From: Clostridia bacterium | GTDB lineage: Bacteria > Bacillota > Clostridia > Oscillospirales > CAG-272 | Assembly (NCBI GenBank): GCA_017482055.1 | Contig: JAFUOH010000013.1 | Location: forward strand, 3,416 to 67,415 | Direction: 5' to 3' | Length of the DNA stretch: 64,000 nt | Shown: positions 34,757 through 41,359 of the stretch, piece by piece | How positions within the stretch are numbered: position 1 is the stretch's first letter | How the letters are laid out: the number at the start of each line of letters is the position of its first letter | Made by a program: the position numbers and the translations under genes | The notes under the pieces: model-generated | The model's input: the letters and a program-made list of their open reading frames with translations, nothing else | The model's database searches: none | What the model was told of the DNA's origin: nothing

Positions 34757-35350
34757 TTAAATGAAATATCCGATCATCAGACCGGTAGATAAAAACGGCA
34801 ACAGCGGAAAGGCTTCTTTGTTAGATTGCTTCTTGACCTTGTTGTAGATCGTTTGAAATACGATTGCAAAGACAAGACCGATCATATAGCCGATCACACC
34901 GCCGTAAAAACCGAGGCACAAAGCGGCAGCAGTTGAGAATTTGAAATCTGCTCCGCCTTGCCCTTTCGTTTTGAAAAACATTACTACTATAAACTGCGGC
35001 AAGAATACACCGAGAGCACCGAATAGCATTGAGGTTACACCTACTTCTTTGTAATTTACAAGAGCAAGTATCAGCAGCATAACCCAAAGGAACTCATCGG
35101 CTTTGCGCTCTGACAAATCCTGCACAGAAGCACGTAGCAATATGAGAGCCAACACGATACCTTTCACCGTCCACATCGAAAAGCCGCCTACAAAGTAAAG
35201 CGCACCGACGATTGCGGGGAGCAAAAGGTATGTGAGGTAGGGATTAAAGGCTAAGCCGCGTTGATCCATATAATAGTTCATCAGCCCGCCCACGATAACC
35301 GTCAGAAAGACGAGAGCCGCAAAAGGGATTGCGAATGATATAAATTCCAT
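34757..35350 (-). CDS. A24-family prepilin peptidase (TadV/CpaA-like)
   Basis: Polytopic membrane protein with the two aspartyl motifs, ...SVQDLSERK... and ...GQGGADFKF... (GxGD-type). Confidence 0.75.
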   Translation of the reverse strand: MEFISFAIPFAALVFLTVIVGGLMNYYMDQRGLAFNPYLTYLLLPAIVGALYFVGGFSMWTVKGIVLALILLRASVQDLSERKADEFLWVMLLILALVNYKEVGVTSMLFGALGVFLPQFIVVMFFKTKGQGGADFKFSTAAALCLGFYGGVIGYMIGLVFAIVFQTIYNKVKKQSNKEAFPLLPFLSTGLMIGYFI

Positions 35351-35414
35351 TTGTCCTCCTTATAAATTAGGAGGACGGTTGGCTCCGTCCTCCGTAGATT
35401 ACTTCACGCAGCTC

Positions 35415-35645
35415 TTATCCTGCGTAATTGAACATTTCCAAGATCTCGGTGTTGAGACGAGGAATGATCACGGTGTTGAAAAGCGCGTAGAGACCGCCGA
35501 GGATAACCGCACCGACAACAACGCCGATGATGATCTTCACGCCCGTGTCGATATAACCCTCTGCCTTTGCGTTGGCAAGAGTGGTCTTTGCGGAAACCGC
35601 GAGGGAGTTTGCCTTGTTCTTGATCTTATCAAAAAACTTCTTCAT
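35415..35645 (-). CDS. Small pilin-like protein, copy 4 of 4 (76 aa)
   Basis: MKKFFDKIKNKANSLAVSAKTTLANAKAEG|YIDTGVKIIIGVVVGAVILGGLYALFNTVIIPRLNTEILEMFNYAG. It has a basic leader, a Gly, then a hydrophobic helix. Confidence 0.65.
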   Translation of the reverse strand: MKKFFDKIKNKANSLAVSAKTTLANAKAEGYIDTGVKIIIGVVVGAVILGGLYALFNTVIIPRLNTEILEMFNYAG

Positions 35646-35665
35646 TCTGATTCACCTCCCTTCAA

Positions 35666-35896
35666 TTACGCAGTATAGTTGAACATCTCACCGATCTCGG
35701 TGTTGAGACGGGGGAGGATGACGCCGTTAAAGAGCGCGTAGAGACCGCCGAGGATAACTGCACCGACTACGACACCGATGATGATCTTCACGCCCGTGTC
35801 GATATAGCCTTCTGCTCTTGCGTTGTCGATGGTGGATTTAGCGCGGATAGCGAGAGAGTTTGCCTTTGCCTTGATCTTGTTCATAAAGTTCTTCAT
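35666..35896 (-). CDS. Small pilin-like protein, copy 3 of 4 (76 aa)
   Basis: The core EGYIDTGVKIIIGVVVGAVILGGLYALF is identical to that of copies 2 and 4. Confidence 0.65.
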   Translation of the reverse strand: MKNFMNKIKAKANSLAIRAKSTIDNARAEGYIDTGVKIIIGVVVGAVILGGLYALFNGVILPRLNTEIGEMFNYTA

Positions 35897-35947
35897 TGTT
35901 TGATTACCTCATTCTTTCTGTTTTTTGATTGTGGATTGGTTTACGGA

Positions 35948-36178
35948 TTAACCCGCGTAATCGAACATACCGTCGATACGGGTCTCAAGGGTGGGGAGAA
36001 TTACGTTGTCAAAGAGAGCGTAGAGACCGCCGAGGATAACTGCACCGACTACAACGCCGATGATGATCTTCACGCCCGTGTCGATATAGCCCTCTGCCTT
36101 TGCGTTGTCGAGAGTGGTCTTAGCTCTGATAACGAGCGCGTTTGCCTTGTTCTGCATCTTGTTGAAAAACTTCTTCAT
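35948..36178 (-). CDS. Small pilin-like protein, copy 2 of 4 (76 aa)
   Basis: Same architecture, with divergent leader and C-terminal residues. Confidence 0.65.
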   Translation of the reverse strand: MKKFFNKMQNKANALVIRAKTTLDNAKAEGYIDTGVKIIIGVVVGAVILGGLYALFDNVILPTLETRIDGMFDYAG

Positions 36179-36247
36179 AGTTGAATTACCTCATTCTTTC
36201 ATTTTTAGATTTGATTTTTGATTTGGATTTTGTTTGCGGTTGTTAGA

Positions 36248-36487
36248 TTAGAGAAGGATGATGCCACCGCCGCCACCATCGTTTCCACCTCCACCGGGAG
36301 AACCGAACATATCTTGGATACGCTCTGCAAGCCCCGGCAGGATCAATGTGTTGAAGATATAATAGAGACCGCCGAGAAGCAGCGCACCGATCACTACGGC
36401 AATAATCATCTTGACCGCAGTATCCACGTAGCCTTCTCCGCCCTTATCTTCAAGCACGGCTCTTGCTCTTGCGAAAAACTTCTTCAC
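36248..36487 (-). CDS. Small pilin-like protein, copy 1 of 4 (79 aa, divergent, Gly-rich C-terminus)
   Basis: GTG start with AAGGAGG 6 nt upstream. The sequence is ...DKGGEG|YVDTAVKMIIAVVIGALLLGGLYYIF...GSPGGGGNDGGGGGIILL. Confidence 0.6.
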   Translation of the reverse strand: MKKFFARARAVLEDKGGEGYVDTAVKMIIAVVIGALLLGGLYYIFNTLILPGLAERIQDMFGSPGGGGNDGGGGGIILL

Positions 36488-36572
36488 TGTTTACCTCCTT
36501 GTTCTGTGATCTTTCGCTTGGGGGTCAACGCAACACAATCATAAGCACCACCTCTTTTCTGTTTTTGGGCAT

Positions 36573-36621
36573 AAAAAAACGGGGTAAAGTTTAGATGATA
36601 ATTTCATCCTCTTTACCCCGT
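36573..36621 (-). terminator. Rho-independent terminator downstream of parB
   Basis: The minus strand reads ACGGGGTAAAG-20nt-CTTTACCCCGT followed by TTTTTTT. Confidence 0.7.
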
Positions 36622-36641
36622 GATTTCGGTATTAAATTGTT

Positions 36642-37541
36642 TCATCGTGCGTCTCGGTTCTCCTTCTGCCGCTGACGGTACAAAGCAAGAGCTTTGATAA
36701 TGGTCTCCTCTATCTTCTGCTCCGAAGTACCTACGGGAAAGTATTTCTCAATCTTTTCCATAGGAATCTTGATTCGCGCCTTTTGGTTTGGCTTTTCTTC
36801 ATTCATAATGGTGTTGATAGCATCGGTGTCGAGTTTCCCTTCTTTACTCAATGCTCTCATTCTTATGGTTTGGGCGTGAGACGGGAACGTTCCCTCGGTG
36901 TCGATATAATCAACCAAGTCTCGCATTTCGTCCTCCTGCAAGTAAGAAAGCTCCACCGCAGGTCTCATACCGATTTTACCCTCATCGACAAATTCAAGTA
37001 GCTCAGGAGTCAATTCTGTCAATCTAACGTATCTACGAATCTGCTCACTGCTATCGGGACTATCCGCCGCCAACATATCTCTTGTGGTCTTGCCAAAATT
37101 CTGCTCCAGTGGGGCAGAATTTTCTTTACTTGGTCTACCTGCCTTTCTTTTCATCGCGTCCATCTTCATTTTATATGCCCGAGCCTTTTCCGAAGGTAAG
37201 ATGCACTCTCTTTGAAGATTGGAATCAACCATTTCGATGATGGCATCTTCACGACTCAATTCACGGACGATAGAGGGTATGAGCTTTATATCCAACTTAC
37301 GACAAGCGTATTTTCGTCTGTGTCCTGCGATGATCTCATATCGCTCTCCTTCTTTTTTGCGAAGAATAACGGGATTGAGAACGCCGTTCATTTCTATACT
37401 GCTTACAAGCTGCGCCATGCTTTCATCATCCTTTACTTGGAAAGGGTGCTCGGGGAAATCGTCGATAAGCTCAATGGAAATTATTCGCACCTTCTCGCGC
37501 TTTGGTTCATTCCCCTTTAACTCGTCAATGGATTCACTCAT
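36642..37541 (-). CDS. parB: ParB/Spo0J-like nuclease-domain protein
   Basis: IISIELIDDFPEHPFQV....M..LV.SIEMNGVLNPVILRKKEGERYEIIAGHRRKYACRKL (ParB box GHRR). The start is taken at the ATG at 37541, with AAGGAGAA upstream. The track start at 37640 adds 33 unlikely residues. Confidence 0.85.
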   Translation of the reverse strand: MSESIDELKGNEPKREKVRIISIELIDDFPEHPFQVKDDESMAQLVSSIEMNGVLNPVILRKKEGERYEIIAGHRRKYACRKLDIKLIPSIVRELSREDAIIEMVDSNLQRECILPSEKARAYKMKMDAMKRKAGRPSKENSAPLEQNFGKTTRDMLAADSPDSSEQIRRYVRLTELTPELLEFVDEGKIGMRPAVELSYLQEDEMRDLVDYIDTEGTFPSHAQTIRMRALSKEGKLDTDAINTIMNEEKPNQKARIKIPMEKIEKYFPVGTSEQKIEETIIKALALYRQRQKENRDAR

Positions 37542-38253
37542 TTGTTCTTTCTCCTTTCCTCTTGTGCTTATATTTCTTCGCTCTCTGCTTTTCGCTGACT
37601 CTGATAGCATCAAGACCGTATGCGCTGATAGCCACCGCATAACAGATCATTCGGAACACATCAAAGTCCACAACTTCATCATCGGAGAGGTCGAGCAGGT
37701 CTGAGTGTGCCGAACCGTATTCAAGATCTATCGCGGTTGTAAAGAGATTGTGCGGATTTACGTCAATGCCCTTGATAGAGATTTCAAGAGCCGAGTAAAC
37801 AACACAGTTCCTTTCAAGTACCTTTTTGGCTTCAACCCACAAGCTCTCATAAGCGGAAAGCAAGAAGATCTGAGCAATAAGGTTATTACTTGCCTTTCTT
37901 GTATAGGCAAGACCTTCATAGAAACGTTTGCGGTGTCCTGCATCCAAAAAGCAGCTTTTCAGTTCTGCTTCACGCTCAATAGCGATACGCAGACAGAAAT
38001 GAAACACGTTATCTCCGATGCCCGAGAAACAATATCTCATCATTTCCCCGAAAGTACAGGTATGAGCGCGGATGCGTTCATCCATACAGCAGCACTCCTT
38101 CAGAGCGCACTTGCCTTTGGTCGAATACAGACAATTACTGCATCGACAAACAAAGCTTTTATACGGAAACCCGGTATTTCCTCCTCCCCTGCGCTGAACC
38201 AAAGCAATGAGGTCTGAAACATCAAGACCCGTCTTTTTCATTTCAATATACAT
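37534..38253 (-). CDS. Hypothetical Cys-rich protein (239 aa)
   Basis: First long gene of the unidirectional array. Contains the Cys cluster FVCRCSNCLYSTKGKCALKECCCMDERIRAHTC. No family recognised. Confidence 0.5.
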   Translation of the reverse strand: MYIEMKKTGLDVSDLIALVQRRGGGNTGFPYKSFVCRCSNCLYSTKGKCALKECCCMDERIRAHTCTFGEMMRYCFSGIGDNVFHFCLRIAIEREAELKSCFLDAGHRKRFYEGLAYTRKASNNLIAQIFLLSAYESLWVEAKKVLERNCVVYSALEISIKGIDVNPHNLFTTAIDLEYGSAHSDLLDLSDDEVVDFDVFRMICYAVAISAYGLDAIRVSEKQRAKKYKHKRKGERTNE

Positions 38254-38281
38254 TTTTTCCTCCTGTCGGTTGTTTTTTCGG

Positions 38282-38335
38282 AAAACAAAAAAGCCGACCT
38301 TATTTCCACTTCGTTAGTGGTCATAAAGTCGGCTT
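38282..38335 (-). terminator. Rho-independent terminator between the 55-aa ORF and the long gene array
   Basis: The minus strand reads AAGCCGAC-(29 nt containing the inner hairpin CCACT-5nt-AGTGG)-GTCGGCTT followed by TTTTTGTTTT. Confidence 0.6.
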
Positions 38336-38353
38336 CATGTTAACCGTATGTAA

Positions 38354-38521
38354 TTATGCTTCAAGTGCATCAAGCAGGTGGAGTATGAGATTGGAGGTTG
38401 CTCTGTTGTCGATCCCGTTTGCCTTCTGTTTAAGTCTCTTTGCATTGAGAGCTTCGATAGCAACTCGGAGTTCAAAGGGGGTGAGTTTAAGTCTGCGAAC
38501 CATCGTGTATCCGTTTTTCAT
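38354..38521 (-). CDS. Small ORF, 55 aa (below the track cutoff), outermost gene of the element
   Basis: My translation is MKNGYTMVRRLKLTPFELRVAIEALNAKRLKQKANGIDNRATSNLILHLLDALEA. GAGGA lies 7 nt upstream of the ATG at 38521. It is weakly similar to the 61-aa protein at 1043-1228. Confidence 0.5.
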   Translation of the reverse strand: MKNGYTMVRRLKLTPFELRVAIEALNAKRLKQKANGIDNRATSNLILHLLDALEA

Positions 38522-38554
38522 CTGTAAATCCTCGCTTTCCTTCTTTCTGTCTAT

Positions 38555-38583
38555 ATTATATCAGAAAAGCAGAGATTTCTCAA
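38555..38583 (-). promoter_or_regulatory. SigA-type promoter driving the 55-aa ORF
   Basis: The minus strand reads TTGAGA-17nt-TATAAT, about 30 nt upstream of the ATG. Confidence 0.55.
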
Positions 38584-38672
38584 ATGTGCGATTATCCCGT
38601 AGGTTCAAGACCTGTATAAACGAAAAATCGAGCATTTTTCAGCAAAAATTTTCGACACTGAAAAAAGCCCTT

Positions 38673-38708
38673 AAAAACACGAAAAGTCCTTGAAAATCAA
38701 GGACTTTT
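38673..38708 (-). terminator. Rho-independent terminator of the tRNA operon
   Basis: The minus strand reads AAAAGTCCTTGA-3nt-TCAAGGACTTTT followed by CGTGTTTTT. It lies 30 nt downstream of the tRNA-Cys 3' end. Confidence 0.7.
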
Positions 38709-38738
38709 GTGTGTAGTAGTCTTTTCGTACTACATAGA

Positions 38739-38813
<75 letters not shown>

Positions 38814-38848
38814 AAAGCTCATCCTTTTGGGATGAGTAGAGAAAAAAA

Positions 38849-38924
38849 TGGAGCGGATTACGGGGCTCGAACCCGCCACCTCGACCTTGGCAAGGTCGCG
38901 CTCTACCAAATGAGCTAAATCCGC
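38849..38924 (-). tRNA. tRNA-Gly (GCC)
   Basis: The reverse complement is GCGGATTTAGCTCATTTGGTAGAGCGCGACCTTGCCAAGGTCGAGGTGGCGGGTTCGAGCCCCGTAATCCGCTCCA. The anticodon loop is TTGCCAA, and CCA is encoded. Confidence 0.9.
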
Positions 38925-38950
38925 TTATTGCTTCGGCTATTGCCGAAGCT

Positions 38951-39026
38951 TGGTGCCTCCGGTCGGAATCGAACCAACGACACGGGGATTTTCAGTCCCC
39001 TGCTCTACCAACTGAGCTACAGAGGC
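38951..39026 (-). tRNA. tRNA-Phe (GAA)
   Basis: The reverse complement is GCCTCTGTAGCTCAGTTGGTAGAGCAGGGGACTGAAAATCCCCGTGTCGTTGGTTCGATTCCGACCGGAGGCACCA. The anticodon loop is CTGAAAA. Confidence 0.92.
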
Positions 39027-39029
39027 ATA

Positions 39030-39106
39030 TGGCGACCGAGATGGGGTTCGAACCCACGACCTCTAGCGTGACAGGCTAGCGTTCTAACCAGCTGAACTAC
39101 CCGGCC
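39030..39106 (-). tRNA. tRNA-Asp (GTC)
   Basis: The reverse complement is GGCCGGGTAGTTCAGCTGGTTAGAACGCTAGCCTGTCACGCTAGAGGTCGTGGGTTCGAACCCCATCTCGGTCGCCA. The anticodon loop is CTGTCAC. Confidence 0.9.
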
Positions 39107-39128
39107 ATAAGCGGTCTTTACAGACCGC

Positions 39129-39204
39129 TGGTGGAAGCTACAGGGCTCGAACCTGTGACCCTCTGCTTGTAAGGCAGATGCTCTCCCAGCTGAGCTAAGC
39201 TTCC
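39129..39204 (-). tRNA. tRNA-Val (TAC)
   Basis: The reverse complement is GGAAGCTTAGCTCAGCTGGGAGAGCATCTGCCTTACAAGCAGAGGGTCACAGGTTCGAGCCCTGTAGCTTCCACCA. The anticodon loop is CTTACAA. Confidence 0.92.
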
Positions 39205-39237
39205 ATGTCTTAGGAACTTGTTCCCTGCGACTTTTAT

Positions 39238-39266
39238 ATTATATCATACTCTTTTCGGTTTGTCAA
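39238..39266 (-). promoter_or_regulatory. Consensus SigA promoter of the tRNA operon
   Basis: The minus strand reads TTGACA-17nt-TATAAT, with an A/T-rich UP-like tract upstream. It lies about 35 nt upstream of tRNA-Val. Confidence 0.75.
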
Positions 39267-39412
39267 TAGGTTTTTGAAATTTTTCAAAAATATTTTTCCG
39301 GAAGCTTTTGTCACATATACCGCTCGACAAGGGACGGATCACAGCCGTTATCCGCCCTTCGATCGGTTATGGTAGATCTTATATTAAAGTATACGCTCCG
39401 AGCAGACAAATG

Positions 39413-40330
39413 TTACTCACCGAATGCGCCGATATCCACATCTCCCCAAAGCTCCTCATAGTCATCGCCGAGAAAGCAAGCAAAGGAAGCGATAACCTCG
39501 AAGCCAAGTCGGCAGTAAAAATCAAGGTCGCCTCGGATCAGCTCATTGTTTGCCTTAAACTGCTTAGGCGGCTTCTTCCACTTAGAGAAAAGCGAATTGT
39601 CATACCAATATTCCAACACTTTGGAGTTTTGCGTCCCGAACACTGCAAGCAGCTCACGCACATTGTCAAGCTCCGCGCCCTCCGATGCGGGACGGTTCAT
39701 GTCGCGCTTGATAGGAGCAAATTCAAGGAAGATACCGTCTGCAGGCTTTACGGTTTTCGGCGGTACGATGAAATTCTGATAAGCAAGATACGCAAGCGTC
39801 GCACTCGGGTCATCACGGCGCAAGCGCGTGACTATGGCATTCATCACTTTAAGTTGAGCATCCGATGGGGAAATAGCACGACACAGCTCGCAGCCGCACG
39901 GCTTTGAATTGTCGTCAAGCCAGAAATAGTAGCGCGGCGCACTGCGATACAGCCTTTTTGCAAGCGCCGCGGCATTTTCGGCAATAACGTCTATGGCTTC
40001 AGTATTCGATAAACAGAAATCTATCTCCCGCACACGCTCACCGTTCTCGTCCATGCGGAAATATTCGGGATGGGTATCAAACAGCTCACGGGACAACAGC
40101 CATCCTGCGGCATGAAACTCGTATTCTATTTCCAGCCCACGAACGTCAATGGCATAGTCAATAAGCGCGCGGTATTCTTCTGTTTCAAGCAGGCGCAGCA
40201 GATTATTTAATGAATCAATGGCTTGCTTGCCGCCTTCGGGGTGCAGTCCAAGCACCCTTACGCCTGCGTCTGCCATGCGGTCTATCCATTTTTTAGTAAG
40301 CTCACCGGGATGTATCAAAAGTCCGTGCAT
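39413..40330 (-). CDS. Hypothetical protein, possibly a DUF4838/GH20-like barrel (305 aa)
   Basis: Long ORF with chromosomal composition. The family call is a weak recollection only. Confidence 0.35.
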   Translation of the reverse strand: MHGLLIHPGELTKKWIDRMADAGVRVLGLHPEGGKQAIDSLNNLLRLLETEEYRALIDYAIDVRGLEIEYEFHAAGWLLSRELFDTHPEYFRMDENGERVREIDFCLSNTEAIDVIAENAAALAKRLYRSAPRYYFWLDDNSKPCGCELCRAISPSDAQLKVMNAIVTRLRRDDPSATLAYLAYQNFIVPPKTVKPADGIFLEFAPIKRDMNRPASEGAELDNVRELLAVFGTQNSKVLEYWYDNSLFSKWKKPPKQFKANNELIRGDLDFYCRLGFEVIASFACFLGDDYEELWGDVDIGAFGE

Positions 40331-40442
40331 AATATCCTCCGCTTTGATTTTTGTTTGGATTCTATTATTATACCATTGAATCCGAAGCGTGTCAACATTA
40401 ATTCAAGACAAATAATACTGTGGCATGTCTCTTTTTAATATA

Positions 40443-41339
40443 CTATTTTTTGAACATCTTCTCGGTGTCCGCCCTCGTGAAGAGATACTTCTTATCGCAG
40501 AAATGGCACTCGATCTGTATCTCCTCGGGCTTGCCCTCATTACGGCACTCCGCAAATATGCCCTCGACCTCGTCCCTGCCAATGCTGATAAGCGCACGTC
40601 CGCAGCGCTCACGGGAGCAGTCGCAAGCGTATCCCGCCTCGATCTCATCGAAAATATCATATTCGATACCCTCGAGCACGATATCCATGACCTGCTCGCA
40701 GGACAGTCCCTCGTCAAAAAGGCGGGAGATGTTTGAAAGCTTCTCGGCATTCTTTTCAAGCTGAGCTATGGTCTCCTCCGCGGCGAATGGGAGCAATGAC
40801 ACAAGCACGCCGCCTGCCGCCTTACAGGTATAGTCGCGGTCGATAAGCACACCAAGCGCACACAGGCTCGGCGTCTGCTCGCTTGCCGCGAAGTACTGAG
40901 TGATATCCTCCGCGATCTCGCCGCTGACTAAATTTATCATACCCGAATAGGGCTCCTTAAGTCCGATATCCTTGACAACCGACAGCGTGCCGTGACCGAT
41001 GGCGCCCGACACATCTAACTTGCCGTTTGACTTTTTCGGGATGTCGATATTGGGCTCGGCGATATATCCCTTGACATTGCCCGCATAGTCGGACACTGCG
41101 ATAACGTTTTTAGCGGGACCGTCGCCGCGAATGTTGAGGGTCAGAGTGTTGCCCTTATCTTTTAGCAGTGTACCCATCATGGAAGCCGCGGTCAGCGTTC
41201 TGCCGAGCAGTGCCGACGCGGTGGGGGTGGTGTGGTGATAGCCGATAGCGGAATTTACGATATCGGTGGAGTTTATCACAAACGCGCGTGCGCTGCCGTC
41301 TCTGGTCATCGCACGCAGTATAGTTGAATTTTTTTGCAT
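40443..41339 (-). CDS. hslO: Hsp33 redox-regulated chaperone
   Basis: MTRDGSARAFVINSTDIV...TAASMMGTLLK...LTLNIRGDGP, with the C-terminal zinc centre CDCSRERC ... CHFCDKKY. The start is taken at the ATG at 41339 (AAGGA upstream) rather than 41390. Confidence 0.88.
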   Translation of the reverse strand: MQKNSTILRAMTRDGSARAFVINSTDIVNSAIGYHHTTPTASALLGRTLTAASMMGTLLKDKGNTLTLNIRGDGPAKNVIAVSDYAGNVKGYIAEPNIDIPKKSNGKLDVSGAIGHGTLSVVKDIGLKEPYSGMINLVSGEIAEDITQYFAASEQTPSLCALGVLIDRDYTCKAAGGVLVSLLPFAAEETIAQLEKNAEKLSNISRLFDEGLSCEQVMDIVLEGIEYDIFDEIEAGYACDCSRERCGRALISIGRDEVEGIFAECRNEGKPEEIQIECHFCDKKYLFTRADTEKMFKK

Positions 41340-41359
41340 GTTGTTTAATCCTTTATAGC

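Larger units (their letters stand above)
1..38600 (-). mobile_element. Right-hand portion of a large conjugative element (ICE or integrated conjugative plasmid), truncated by the left window edge
   Basis: Unbroken run of minus-strand genes. It includes a coupling protein, relaxase, MobC, PcfB, a Toprim protein, ParB, a polyvalent MTase-helicase and a pilus locus. It ends just before the terminator of a chromosomal tRNA operon. Composition visibly differs from the chromosome to the right. The right boundary is only approximate (38584-38672). Confidence 0.8.

Noticed and set aside
35415-36487. Tandem repeats of about 250 bp as a non-coding repeat array
   Set aside because: Each unit is a complete small ORF with an SD and a pilin-like signal and hydrophobic helix. 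The repetition is gene duplication.
36642-37640. Long N-terminal extensions given in the ORF track for parB (37640), the MBL gene (9609), hslO (41390), the DeoR gene (50139), the activase (60232), the glycyl-radical enzyme (62412), lplA (43625), yerC (42441), paralog A (23039) and ant(6) (8037)
   Set aside because: In each case the extension overlaps the upstream gene or lacks an SD. An internal ATG with a good SD matches the expected family N-terminus, so the coordinates were trimmed accordingly.
40403-40764. ORFs of 103-118 aa on both strands at the 3' end of hslO
   Set aside because: They are shadow ORFs overlapping the Hsp33 zinc-binding C-terminus. No motifs are present.
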